Source: Alphaproteobacteria bacterium UBA4588
GTDB taxonomy: Bacteria; Pseudomonadota; Alphaproteobacteria; Rhodobacterales; Rhodobacteraceae
DNA length: 64,000 nt
Assembly: GCA_905182195.1 (NCBI GenBank)
Contig: CAJJAW010000001.1
Span: 192,254-256,253, forward strand
Reading direction: 5' to 3'
Shown here: positions 19,453 through 29,381 of the stretch, in pieces
How positions within the stretch are numbered: position 1 is the stretch's first letter
How the letters are laid out: each line of letters begins with the position of its first letter
Program-made: the position numbers and the translations under genes
Notes under the pieces: model-generated
Seen by the model: only the letters and a program-made list of their open reading frames with translations
Databases searched by the model: none
What the model was told of the DNA's origin: nothing

Positions 19453-20904
19453 ATGGTCTCCCGAGTAATTCCCGTTGATCCTTTTGATCTAATCATTTTT
19501 GGCGGCACTGGTGATTTGGCCCGCCGTAAGATTCTTCCCGGTCTGTTCAGGAGATTTTGTTCCGGGCAAATGCCGCACAGCGCACGCATTATTGGAGCGG
19601 CCCGGGCTGACTTGGGGCAAGCTGGTTATCAAGATATGGTCCGTGACGCTATCTGTGAGTTTGGTGGACCTGCTGACGCAGACAATACGCAATTAGAATT
19701 ATTTTTGACCCAACTGGATTACGTAACAGTCGATGTTCGCGGTGAGGCTGGTTGGGCTGAACTTGCCACACTGGTTCGTAAAGATCTTGTAAATGCATAC
19801 TATTTCTCTGTTGGCCCAGGTTTATTTGGTGACATTGCATCACGATTGAATAAATGGAAGATAGCCACATCAGAGGCGCGTATTGTTGTTGAAAAACCCT
19901 TTGGTCGCGACCTTGACAGTGCAACAAGTTTAAACGGAATTTTATCGGCACAGTTTGATGAAAGTCAAATTTACCGCATTGACCACTACCTTGGCAAAGA
20001 AACTGTACAAAACCTGATGGCTGTGCGCTTTGGTAACTTGTTGTTTGAGCCACTTTGGAACGCACAGTATATCGATCACATCCAAATTACTGTGGCCGAA
20101 ACAGTTGGTGTTGGGGGGCGAGGTGCCTACTACGATAAGTCTGGCGCGATGCGTGACATGGTACAAAATCACTTGATGCAACTTTTGTGCTTGATAGCAA
20201 TGGAGCCACCTTCGCATTTTGATTCTGATGCCGTGCGTGATGAGAAACTCAAAGTAATCCGCAGCTTGGCCAAGGTGGAACCGCATCAGATTGTTCGCGG
20301 CCAATATGATTCCACTGCCACAACCCCCGATTACCGCGCTGATGCCGAAAATCCGCGTAGTTTTACGGAAAGCTATGTGGCTATCAAAACGCATATTGAA
20401 AACTGGCGTTGGGCAGGTGTGCCGTTTTATCTGCGTACTGGCAAGAAGTTAAAGGCACGCTCGTCAGAAATCGCGATTGTGTTTAAAAAACTACCACATT
20501 CAATTTTCGAAAAATCAGAAGATGAAAAACAGAATATACTATCGATTCAATTGCAACCAAACGAGGGGATGACGCTCGATGTAACTATAAAAGAACCAGG
20601 GCCTGGAGGGATGCGTTTGGTTCATGTGCCTTTGGATATGACATTTGCCGATGCGCTTGGCGAGCGTTCGGAAGATACCCCTGACGCTTATGAGCGCTTG
20701 ATCATGGATGTGATACGAGGTGATCAAACCCTGTTTATGCGTGGCGATGAGGTTGAAGCTGCGTGGAAATGGACCGATCCTATTATTAAGGCGTGGGAAA
20801 CCCGAAATGACGTGCCTAAGTTGTATGATGTTGGCAGTGCTGGGCCTGAAGACGCGATGGCGCTTATTCATCGAGATGGGCGACGCTGGCGCGAGGTAAA
20901 GTGA
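19453..20904 (+). CDS. zwf: glucose-6-phosphate dehydrogenase
   Basis: IFGGTGDLARRK (NADP site) and RIDHYLGKE active-site motif; 483 aa. Confidence 0.95.
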   Translation: MVSRVIPVDPFDLIIFGGTGDLARRKILPGLFRRFCSGQMPHSARIIGAARADLGQAGYQDMVRDAICEFGGPADADNTQLELFLTQLDYVTVDVRGEAGWAELATLVRKDLVNAYYFSVGPGLFGDIASRLNKWKIATSEARIVVEKPFGRDLDSATSLNGILSAQFDESQIYRIDHYLGKETVQNLMAVRFGNLLFEPLWNAQYIDHIQITVAETVGVGGRGAYYDKSGAMRDMVQNHLMQLLCLIAMEPPSHFDSDAVRDEKLKVIRSLAKVEPHQIVRGQYDSTATTPDYRADAENPRSFTESYVAIKTHIENWRWAGVPFYLRTGKKLKARSSEIAIVFKKLPHSIFEKSEDEKQNILSIQLQPNEGMTLDVTIKEPGPGGMRLVHVPLDMTFADALGERSEDTPDAYERLIMDVIRGDQTLFMRGDEVEAAWKWTDPIIKAWETRNDVPKLYDVGSAGPEDAMALIHRDGRRWREVK

Positions 20905-21578
20905 TGCACTTTTCCAGCTATCCTAATGCAGCTGATATGATGCAAAGCTTGTCGGTAGAATTAGTGACCGATTTATTGGGCGCTTTGGCTAAAAATGGCA
21001 AAGCAACATTGGCGGTTCCCGGTGGTAGTACTCCCGGTCCCTTGTTTGACTTATTAAGCCTAGCTGATTTTGATTGGACCAATGTGACGATCATGCTGAC
21101 AGATGAACGCTGGGTTTCCACAGACAGTCCAAGGTCTAATACAGCATTGATTAGAAACCGGCTTTTGGTGAACGCTGCGGCATCTGCCAATTATGTTGCA
21201 TTGTACAAGGATGGTTTTGAACCAGAGGCTGGCGCTGTAGCTTTATCTAAGCAAGTAGAAAATTTGCCAATAGATGTTATTCTCTTGGGTATGGGTGCTG
21301 ATATGCATACAGCGTCATTGTTTCCAGGCGCTGCTGAATTGGCTTGGGCGCAAAGCCCCGAAGCAGCCGCCGTAGTTTCTATGGTTCCCGTGACGGGAGA
21401 CTTAGAACCCCGCGTAACGCTTAGTGCAAATGTGCTTGAGTCAGCTAATCGAACACATGTTTTAATTTTGGGGGACGAGAAAAAAGCCGCGCTCATGGTG
21501 GCTGAAACTGCAGACCCTTATGAAGCTCCAATTGCACAATTTTTACCGAATGCTAAAGTGCATTGGTCCCCAAGCTAA
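20901..21578 (+). CDS. pgl: 6-phosphogluconolactonase
   Basis: [13 protein letters not shown]...DERWV...[16 protein letters not shown] motifs. Overlaps the zwf stop. Confidence 0.9.
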   Translation: MMHFSSYPNAADMMQSLSVELVTDLLGALAKNGKATLAVPGGSTPGPLFDLLSLADFDWTNVTIMLTDERWVSTDSPRSNTALIRNRLLVNAAASANYVALYKDGFEPEAGAVALSKQVENLPIDVILLGMGADMHTASLFPGAAELAWAQSPEAAAVVSMVPVTGDLEPRVTLSANVLESANRTHVLILGDEKKAALMVAETADPYEAPIAQFLPNAKVHWSPS

Positions 21579-21588
21579 GGAATATTAT

Positions 21589-23181
21589 ATGCTTTCTGCT
21601 TTAAAGGCCAAATATGCAACTATTTACGATCGAAAAATAACTACACTTTTTGATTCAGCACGGGTTGGTAGATTTTCGATAGAAATTGATGGTCTATTTT
21701 TTGATTATTCCAAGACTAATATTGACTCAGAAACCAAAGATTTGTTGTTGAAATTGACTAAAAAAGCGGGGCTTTACGGAAAACGTTCTGCTATGTTTTT
21801 AGGTGAAAAAATCAATTTTACTGAAGACCGTGCTGTATTGCACACGGCTTTAAGGCGTTCATCTGGTATTGTGATGGTGGACGGTGTTGATGTGATACCA
21901 GGTGTATTACAAACCCGAACGCGCATGCTTGCCTTTGCTGAAAAGGTACGTAGCGGCTCACTTCAAGGGCAGGGTGGAGCTTATACGGATATTGTGAACA
22001 TAGGCATTGGTGGCTCGGATCTTGGCCCATCAATGGCCTATCGTGCTTTGAAACCTTACTCCAATAGAATTAAATGCCACTATGTTAGTAATGTCGATGG
22101 GGCTCATATCACAGATGTGTTGGCAGATCTTAATCCACAAACTACATTAGTCATAGTTGCATCTAAAACCTTCACCACAAATGAAACTCTGACCAATGCG
22201 CAAACTGCCCTACAGTGGATGGGTAAAACTGTCACCAATCCAGCTGACCAATTTGTGGCTCTTAGCTCAGCAAAGAATAAGACTGCTGCCTTCGGGATCA
22301 ATGCAGATCATGTTTTCGGTTTTGAGGATTGGGTGGGTGGTAGATATTCTGTATGGGGTCCTATCGGTCTGAGCCTCGCTATTGCGATTGGACATGACAA
22401 CTTCAATGACTTTTTGAGTGGTGCCGAAGCTATGGATACGCACTTTCAAATTGCCGATGACTCTGAAAACCTGCCTATTATGCTCGCCTTAATAGGAATT
22501 TGGCATGCTCAAGTAGCTGGATATACAACTCGTGCCGTTCTGCCTTATGAACAACGACTGTCGCGTCTACCAGCCTATTTGCAGCAGCTGGAGATGGAAT
22601 CCAACGGCAAGAGTGTTGGCATTGACGGTCAGGATTTAAATGTAGCTTCAGGCCCCATTATTTGGGGTGAGCCTGGGACCAATGGGCAGCATGCCTTCTA
22701 CCAATTAATTCACCAAGGCACTCATATAATTCCCTGCGAATTTATGGTGGCGCAACAGGGCCATGAGCCTGACTTGGCCCATCATCATCAACTTTTACAG
22801 GCCAATTGCTTGGCACAATCGCAGGCTTTGATGCTGGGTCGTGGTCTTGATGCGGCTCTGGCCATTGCAGCTGCGAAAGGGTTTGAAGGGTCAGAATTGG
22901 ACCGCCAGGCGCGCCATCGGGTATTCAAGGGCAACCGTCCCTCCACCACTCTGATCTATCCAAAGCTAACCCCCTATTGCCTAGGCCAACTCGTAGCCCT
23001 CTACGAGCACCGGGTGTTCGTAGAGGGGGTGATTTTGGGGATCAACTCTTTTGATCAATGGGGCGTTGAACTGGGTAAAGAGCTCGCCACCGCTCTTGGT
23101 CCGGTTATGCAAGGAACTGCACCCGGTCCTGACAATGATCCTTCGACTTTGAATTTGGTGGCGAGATTAACAGCTGACTAA
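21589..23181 (+). CDS. pgi: glucose-6-phosphate isomerase
   Basis: [26 protein letters not shown]-like ([11 protein letters not shown]) and [18 protein letters not shown] motifs. Start at MLSAL (ATG 21589), after the pgl stop. Confidence 0.93.
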   Translation: MLSALKAKYATIYDRKITTLFDSARVGRFSIEIDGLFFDYSKTNIDSETKDLLLKLTKKAGLYGKRSAMFLGEKINFTEDRAVLHTALRRSSGIVMVDGVDVIPGVLQTRTRMLAFAEKVRSGSLQGQGGAYTDIVNIGIGGSDLGPSMAYRALKPYSNRIKCHYVSNVDGAHITDVLADLNPQTTLVIVASKTFTTNETLTNAQTALQWMGKTVTNPADQFVALSSAKNKTAAFGINADHVFGFEDWVGGRYSVWGPIGLSLAIAIGHDNFNDFLSGAEAMDTHFQIADDSENLPIMLALIGIWHAQVAGYTTRAVLPYEQRLSRLPAYLQQLEMESNGKSVGIDGQDLNVASGPIIWGEPGTNGQHAFYQLIHQGTHIIPCEFMVAQQGHEPDLAHHHQLLQANCLAQSQALMLGRGLDAALAIAAAKGFEGSELDRQARHRVFKGNRPSTTLIYPKLTPYCLGQLVALYEHRVFVEGVILGINSFDQWGVELGKELATALGPVMQGTAPGPDNDPSTLNLVARLTAD

Positions 23182-23183
23182 GA

Positions 23184-23774
23184 TTAAGGTTCCACGATCC
23201 GCTTTTTCTGTGCAGATTGCTGCGCCGGGTGGCCCATGCGTACGGCCCAAATCTCATCTCGCAAGCTAACCTCTGGCGGATGTGCGCCCAATACGGCGGC
23301 TTGGAACTTTTGGTGCTGATAAAAGGTTGAGCCGTTGTGATCGCCGGCGGTTAGCAATTCTTTGGGAACTGGCGACTCGGCCATATGATCGGGCCAAAAC
23401 CGAGCCGGGCCGGGCACTAGGCAGGCAATCTTGCCCTCTGACCCAATAGCATGAATTTCTTCCTGATATTCAGATCCTTCCGCAAACATACACAATTCAA
23501 GCATTGCCCGCGCGCCATTTTCAAAATCATCAATGACATAGCCGCAATCCCAGATATCAGATTTTTGGCCGTCATAGGTCTCACCTAGGTGGTTCACTTC
23601 CTGGCCCGCGCTTGCCATAATACGCACTGGGTCGGATTTTATAATAAGGCGCATCAAGTCAAAGAAATGACAACATTTTTCAACCAATGTACTCCCTGAA
23701 TTTTTGTTGAAACGATTCCAATCCCCAACTTTGGGCAAAAATGAAAAACGGTGCTCGCGGAATGAATTTTGCAA
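23184..23774 (-). pseudogene. Gfo/Idh/MocA-family oxidoreductase, 5'-truncated remnant (C-terminal domain only)
   Basis: The ORF begins inside the operator palindrome and encodes only ...FREHRFSFLPKVGDWNRFNKNSGSTLVEKCCHFFDLMRL... No Rossmann GxGxxG N-domain is present, and only about 100 bp remain before the divergent binding-protein gene. Confidence 0.7.
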
Positions 23775-23785
23775 CCGGTTGCAAA
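23768..23785. promoter_or_regulatory. perfect 18-bp palindrome TTTGCAACCGGTTGCAAA; candidate LacI-family operator (copy 1)
   Basis: Seen directly in the sequence. It lies 86 bp upstream of the ABC binding-protein ATG (23872). A near-identical copy is at 31405-31426. Confidence 0.65.
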
Positions 23786-23871
23786 TACAATAGTCATATG
23801 CTTAGCTACTATTTGTCTGCTACAATATTCGTGTGGCAGCTAAAAAATATAACATCGTCTTGGAGGACCTC

Positions 23872-24822
23872 ATGAAAACCGTAATAAAGTCGCTCGCAAT
23901 TGGCGCTGCGTTGTTTGCATCACCTATTACAGCTCTGGCTGGCAGCCACGGTGATAACCTGAAATATGTACTTGTAAGCCATGCACCTGATAGTGATAGC
24001 TGGTGGAATACAATCAAAAATGGCATTGCCCTTGCGGGAGAGCAAATGGGCGTTGATGTTGAGTATCGCAATCCACCAACAGGTGATTTGGGAGATATGG
24101 CTCGTATTATTGACCAGGCTGCAGCTTCTGCACCAAATGGGATTATAACCACCCTTGCAGATTATAGTGTGCTAAAAGGTCCTATAATGAACGCAGTAGC
24201 CAGTGGTGTTGATGTTATAATCATGAATTCAGGCACACCAGAACAGGCGCGTGAAGTAGGCGCTCTTATGTATGTAGGTCAGCCTGAGTATGATGCAGGA
24301 TATGCTGCGGGTTTACGTGCAAAAGGCGACGGCGTTGCCAGCTTCTTGTGTGTTAACCATTATATCTCATCACCATCATCTACAGACCGCTGTCAAGGTT
24401 TTGCAGATGGTCTTGGTATTGAACTTGGAAACCAGATGATTGACTCAGGTCAAGATCCATCCGAAATTAAAAACCGGGTTTTAGCGTATTTGTCTGCCAA
24501 CCCTGATACTGACGCTGTCCTAACACTTGGCCCAACATCTGCAGATCCTACTCTATTAGCTTTGGACGAGAACGGTATGGCAGGTGATATCTACTTTGGA
24601 ACATTTGATCTCGGTACAGAGATTGTAAAGGGTATCAAGGCTGGCGTAATTAGCTGGGGCATCGACCAACAGCCATTCTTGCAGGCTTACTTACCAGTTG
24701 TTGTGATGGCCAACTACCATCGTTATGGTGTTCTTCCGGGAAACAACATCAACTCTGGCCCAGGGTTTGTAACCGCTTCTGGCCTTGAGATGGTTGAAAA
24801 GTTTGCTGGCGAATTCCGCTAA
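23872..24822 (+). CDS. sugar ABC transporter periplasmic substrate-binding protein (RbsB/FrcB-like)
   Basis: Signal peptide MKTVIKSLAIGAALFASPITALA. Periplasmic-binding-protein type I pattern. GGAGGA lies 5 nt upstream of the ATG. Confidence 0.88.
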   Translation: MKTVIKSLAIGAALFASPITALAGSHGDNLKYVLVSHAPDSDSWWNTIKNGIALAGEQMGVDVEYRNPPTGDLGDMARIIDQAAASAPNGIITTLADYSVLKGPIMNAVASGVDVIIMNSGTPEQAREVGALMYVGQPEYDAGYAAGLRAKGDGVASFLCVNHYISSPSSTDRCQGFADGLGIELGNQMIDSGQDPSEIKNRVLAYLSANPDTDAVLTLGPTSADPTLLALDENGMAGDIYFGTFDLGTEIVKGIKAGVISWGIDQQPFLQAYLPVVVMANYHRYGVLPGNNINSGPGFVTASGLEMVEKFAGEFR

Positions 24823-24831
24823 AACTAAGAA

Positions 24832-24870
24832 GGGCGGAGCTTTTTGAACAAAAGCTCCGCCCCTTTTTTA
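24832..24870 (+). terminator. intercistronic rho-independent-type hairpin (GGGCGGAGCTTTT / AAAAGCTCCGCCC, 13-bp stem) followed by CTTTTTTAT
   Basis: Perfect 13-bp stem with a 5-nt loop and a T tract, between the binding-protein and permease genes. Confidence 0.7.
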
Positions 24871-24894
24871 TGTAAAGACTATAGGGTGAATTTG

Positions 24895-26010
24895 ATGAAT
24901 AATAAATTATCTATTCCTGATGAACGTGTTAAAGAGATGTCTGCTTTTAGAAACTCTCTTATCCGCCCTGAACTTGGAGGGATTATTGGAACCATAGTAG
25001 TCTTTATTATATTTATATTTCTTGCGTCTGATAGCGGGATGTTCAGCTCGCAGGGCGTTCTAAACTGGTCCATTGTTTCTGCGCAATTCATGATTATTGC
25101 CGTGGGTGCTTGCCTGCTAATGATTGCTGGCGAGTTTGATCTTAGTGTTGGTTCTATGATCGGATTTGCCGGAATGCTAATTGCCATTTTTGGTGTTACA
25201 TTTGGATGGCCCATGTGGATGGCAATATTGCTGACCTTTGCCATTTGCATTGCAATTGGAGCACTGAATGGTTTCATCTGCATACGGACTGGATTACCAA
25301 GTTTTATTGTCACTCTGGCCTTTCTCTTCATCTTGCGTGGTTTCACAATTTTTCTACCACAAACTATAGAACGTAAAACTATTATTGGCGGAATTAGAGA
25401 AGCAGCTGAAGGAGATTGGCTGGGAGCGGTATTTGGTGAAAAACTATTTATGGGATTTTTTCAGTATCTGGGTGATCTTGGTATTATTAGCGTATTCTCT
25501 CGCGGTACACGCGCCGGCGAGCCAATAGTAAACGGAATACCTATGCTCATAGTGTGGGCACTAATACTCGTAGCGTTTGGTCATATACTATTAACTAAGA
25601 CACGGTTTGGTAACTGGATTTTTGCATCAGGTGGTGATGCTGAAGCTGCAAGAAATTCAGGCGTCCCAGTGAATAAAGTTAAGATATTGATGTTTATGTT
25701 CACAGCTTTTTGCGCAACAGTCTTTGCTACCTGTCAAGTTATGGAGTTTGGTTCTGCTGGAGCGGACCGAGGTCTTTTGAAAGAATTTGAAGCTATTATA
25801 GCTGTTGTTATTGGTGGTGCACTGCTTACTGGCGGCTATGGCTCTGTAATTGGTGCAGCTTTAGGCGCTTTGATTTTTGGAGTTGTTCAACAAGGCTTAT
25901 TTTTTGCTGGGGTAGAGAGTTCTCTTTTTCGAGTTTTTCTTGGTTTGATACTGTTAGGTGCCGTTATACTGAACACATACATCCGTCGCTTAATTACAGG
26001 GGAGCGTTAA
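24895..26010 (+). CDS. sugar ABC transporter permease
   Basis: About 371 aa, multi-span hydrophobic, with the GGxxLxGGxG motif (VIGGALLTGGYGSVIGA) of the RbsC/FrcC family. Start chosen after the hairpin. Confidence 0.88.
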   Translation: MNNKLSIPDERVKEMSAFRNSLIRPELGGIIGTIVVFIIFIFLASDSGMFSSQGVLNWSIVSAQFMIIAVGACLLMIAGEFDLSVGSMIGFAGMLIAIFGVTFGWPMWMAILLTFAICIAIGALNGFICIRTGLPSFIVTLAFLFILRGFTIFLPQTIERKTIIGGIREAAEGDWLGAVFGEKLFMGFFQYLGDLGIISVFSRGTRAGEPIVNGIPMLIVWALILVAFGHILLTKTRFGNWIFASGGDAEAARNSGVPVNKVKILMFMFTAFCATVFATCQVMEFGSAGADRGLLKEFEAIIAVVIGGALLTGGYGSVIGAALGALIFGVVQQGLFFAGVESSLFRVFLGLILLGAVILNTYIRRLITGER

Positions 26011-26011
26011 G

Positions 26012-26807
26012 ATGAGTTCTCAAGCTACAGTAACCCCGATTATAGAGATGCAGGAACATCCGAAAACATTATGGGCCCGTTATAGCTCTAGCCGGAGTTT
26101 CGATAAAGATTTATCCGGGGGAGTGTCATTGTCTGTTAGGTGATAATGGCGCAGGAAAATCTACATTTATTAAAGCTATGTCAGGAGTGGTGAAGCCAAC
26201 GCAAGGTGAGATTATTGTTAATGGAGAACAAAAGTTTTTTAATAATCCACGCGATGCGATGCAAGCGGGTATTGCAACTGTGCACCAACACCTAGCAATG
26301 ATCCCACTGATGTCGGTCAGTCGGAATTTTTTCTTAGGTAACGAACCAACAAAGAAAATCGCTGGTATCCAGTTCTTTGATCGGAAATATGCTGATCGTA
26401 AAACAATGGAAGCTATGAGCAAGATGGGTATTAACTTACGCGGTCCTGATCAAGCAGTCGGTACTCTCTCTGGAGGTGAGAGGCAAACAGTTGCAATTTC
26501 CCGAGCGGTTCATTTTGGTGCACAAGTACTAATCCTGGATGAACCCACATCTGCATTAGGGGTCCGTCAGACATCAAACGTACTCGCTACAATTGATAAG
26601 GTACGTAATGAGGGAGTGGCGGTGGTATTTATTACCCACAACGTCCGCCACGCCCTTGCAGTTGGAGATCGCTTTACTGTGTTAAACCGTGGCCAAACTC
26701 ATGGTACGGCGATGCGTGGCGACATAACTCCAGAGGATCTTCAAAACCTCATGGCTGGTGGTCAAGAATTGGCCACACTCGAGGGTTCTCTAGGTGGAAC
26801 AGTCTAA
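26012..26807 (+). pseudogene. sugar ABC transporter ATP-binding protein (single-cassette, FrcA-like), frame broken by an apparent 1-nt insertion (or a sequencing error)
   Basis: MSSQATVTPIIEMQ is in the frame of ATG 26012, which stops at 26141-26143. The rest, NIRKHYGPVIALAGVSIKIYPGECHCLLGDNGAGKSTFIKAMSGV...LSGGERQ...LILDEPTSAL, is in the next frame and has no start codon until 26178. The junction is at GG 26053-26054. Confidence 0.8.
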
Positions 26808-26822
26808 TATGGGGGTGGTTAA

Positions 26823-27053
26823 ATGAATAAAGTACGTCTGAAATCACTGGAATTGCGGCATCCGTTTTTTATACAACTTTGGCGTCGAGTTCTACTCGTT
26901 ATATTGCTTGTTTTTTGGTCGGTGATAGAAGGCTTAATGGGCAACCAAGTTTGGGCTTTATTGGTAGGTAGCATAGGTATTTATTCAATTTACGTTTTCT
27001 TCTTTGACTTCATTTTACCTAAAGATATGGCTACAGAAAAAAAAGATTTGTGA
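26823..27053 (+). CDS. small membrane protein (two predicted TM helices), function unknown
   Basis: 76 aa with hydrophobic stretches RVLLVILLVFWSVIEGL and VWALLVGSIGIYSIYVFFFDFIL. GGGGGTGG lies just upstream of the ATG, 15 nt after the ATPase stop. Confidence 0.6.
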   Translation: MNKVRLKSLELRHPFFIQLWRRVLLVILLVFWSVIEGLMGNQVWALLVGSIGIYSIYVFFFDFILPKDMATEKKDL

Positions 27054-27209
27054 TCAAATACTGGGCACATACGCAAATATGTTAATAATAATTAATTTAG
27101 AGTTTTGATCCGTTGCTCATGGTTTTTTATAATTAAAATATAATATTAGCACTAGCTAGTTATAATTAAATATACGAACCAAAACACGGAATGAAGGATA
27201 TCAAAAGGA

Positions 27210-28211
27210 ATGGCAGTCACTTTAAAAGATGTTGCAGAAATGGCGGGCGTTTCGCGTTCTGCTGTTTCGCGGGCTTTTACGGAAGGGGCTTCGGTTTCTG
27301 ACAAGGTAAGACTTAAAGTAATCGAAGCCTCCACCACATTGGGTTACAGCCCGAATGCTTTGGCCTCTTCGCTGACAACTGGGCGCACCAAGTTGATTGG
27401 CGTGGTGTCTAACAACTTCCACAACCCTATCTTTCTGGAAGTCTTTGATTTGGTTACTAAGGGCCTGCAAGAACGCGGCTTACGGCCTTTGTTGGTTAAT
27501 CTCTCAGATGAGGTGGATCCTGCAAACTCAGTGCGGATGCTCCGGCAATATTCGATAGATGGGGTGATCGTCGCCTCATCAACCTTACCGGTGAGCTTTG
27601 CGGAGGCCTTCCAAAGCGCCGGCGTGCCCGTTGTGCATCTTTTTGGCCGTCATTCCGCTCAAGCCAAGGTTCATACTGTGGGCATCGACAATTTTGTAGC
27701 GGGCCAAATGGCGGCTCAAACTCTGATTGCTAGAGGTTATGACACGATTGGGTTCATGGGTGGTCCAGAAACCGCCACCTCAACCCAAGATCGCTATACG
27801 GGTTTTTTGTCAGAGTTGCGCACGCACCCTAATATTGCCCATAGTGTGACATACGCAAAAGCCTATTCATTTGCGGCTGGACGAGAGGAAATGTTGAGGT
27901 TGATAGCCGCCGGTCCGGCGCAAGCCTATTTCTGTGGTGATGACGTTTTATCTATAGGTGCGCTATCAGCGGCGGAGACCGCAGGCCTATTAGTGCCAGA
28001 TCAGATAGGGTTTTTAGGGCTCAATGATATGGAAATGGCGCATTGGGCCAATATCAACCTGACAACCATTCATAACCCTATCAAACAAGTAGTGGCAGGT
28101 TCCGTGGAGTTGGTGGTGGCCATGCTCTTGGATCCGACACAACTCCCCAAAGCGGTAATCTTTCCCGGTCATATTGTGGAACGGGGCACATTGCGCCCGC
28201 TCGGCAGCTGA
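27210..28211 (+). CDS. LacI family transcriptional regulator
   Basis: N-terminal HTH VTLKDVAEMAGVSRSAVSRAF followed by a periplasmic-binding-like sugar domain; 333 aa. Confidence 0.92.
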   Translation: MAVTLKDVAEMAGVSRSAVSRAFTEGASVSDKVRLKVIEASTTLGYSPNALASSLTTGRTKLIGVVSNNFHNPIFLEVFDLVTKGLQERGLRPLLVNLSDEVDPANSVRMLRQYSIDGVIVASSTLPVSFAEAFQSAGVPVVHLFGRHSAQAKVHTVGIDNFVAGQMAAQTLIARGYDTIGFMGGPETATSTQDRYTGFLSELRTHPNIAHSVTYAKAYSFAAGREEMLRLIAAGPAQAYFCGDDVLSIGALSAAETAGLLVPDQIGFLGLNDMEMAHWANINLTTIHNPIKQVVAGSVELVVAMLLDPTQLPKAVIFPGHIVERGTLRPLGS

Positions 28212-28212
28212 A

Positions 28213-29370
28213 CTATTTTTTGAACATCGGAGGGCGAGCATCAAGCCAAGCCCCGTCTTTCTTGCCCGATTGAGCCACAGCAAAAACCGCAGCCATTGAG
28301 CGCAAACCATCTTCAGCTCGCGGGTAAAGATCCGCTGCCGGATCAATGGCGCGCCCTTCGTTGCGGGCATGAATAGCTTCGGCCAAATCCGTGTAGATAT
28401 TGGCAAAGGCCAGCGGCATTCCCTCGGCATGGCCAACAGTTACTCGTGTAGTTCGGTCTGCTTCTGGTGAGAGATTGTCTTCCCCGCGTTCAATGACCTG
28501 CAGCCTTTCACCCAGCGGCATATAAAAAAGTTGGTTTGGGTGTTCCTGTGACCAACGTAGACCTCCTTTTTCGCCGAAGACTTGTATTCCCAAACCATGT
28601 TGGCGGCCAATGGCGATGGAGGATGTCCATAAACGGCCAACTGTACCGCCGTCCATTCGAAAGTTGATCATTGCATCATCTTCCAATTCGCGCACATCAA
28701 TGCATGAGACTGTATCAGCACTCAATTTGGTTACTTCTTGGCCCGTAACAAAAGAGGCCATATGCAGAGCGTGAATGCCACAATCTGCAAACTGCGCAGA
28801 TACACCTGCTTGCGCCGGGTCATAGCGCCAACGAACCCGTGGATTGTTTGCATCTGTTGCGTCTGCATGATGGCCATGAGAAAATTCAGTATTAACCAAT
28901 CGTACTTTACCAATATCACCACGGGCCACCATGGCTTTCATATGCCGCACTAATGAATAACCGGAATAGCCATAGTTTACCGCGCAAATTTTGCCTGTTG
29001 CGCGAGAGACTTTTACAATCTCTTCGCCTTGCGCTACGGTCATGGTCATCGGTTTTTCACAAAGGACGTGAAAACCACCCTCCAAAAAAGCCTTGGTGAT
29101 CTCGAAATGGGTGGAATTGGGCGTGGCAACAGTTACCAGATCAACTGGATGCGCCTGTGCCTGTTCGCTGGTAAGCATGTCTTGCCAGCTGCCATAGGCT
29201 CTATTTCCTAGCCCTAAGCTTTTACCGTAGCGGATGCCTTCTTCGGGTCGGTGATCCAAAGCACCCGCCGTGAAGTCAAACAACCCATCAAGACCTGCGC
29301 CCAAACGGTGTGCCGGTCCAATTTGGCTGCCATAACCACCACCAATTATGCCCCATTTTAACTTTTTCAT
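28213..29370 (-). CDS. Gfo/Idh/MocA family oxidoreductase
   Basis: LKWGIIGGGYGSQIGPAH Rossmann start, a CEKPM motif and a C-terminal alpha/beta domain; 385 aa. Confidence 0.88.
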   Translation of the reverse strand: MKKLKWGIIGGGYGSQIGPAHRLGAGLDGLFDFTAGALDHRPEEGIRYGKSLGLGNRAYGSWQDMLTSEQAQAHPVDLVTVATPNSTHFEITKAFLEGGFHVLCEKPMTMTVAQGEEIVKVSRATGKICAVNYGYSGYSLVRHMKAMVARGDIGKVRLVNTEFSHGHHADATDANNPRVRWRYDPAQAGVSAQFADCGIHALHMASFVTGQEVTKLSADTVSCIDVRELEDDAMINFRMDGGTVGRLWTSSIAIGRQHGLGIQVFGEKGGLRWSQEHPNQLFYMPLGERLQVIERGEDNLSPEADRTTRVTVGHAEGMPLAFANIYTDLAEAIHARNEGRAIDPAADLYPRAEDGLRSMAAVFAVAQSGKKDGAWLDARPPMFKK

Positions 29371-29381
29371 TCAGATGTTCC

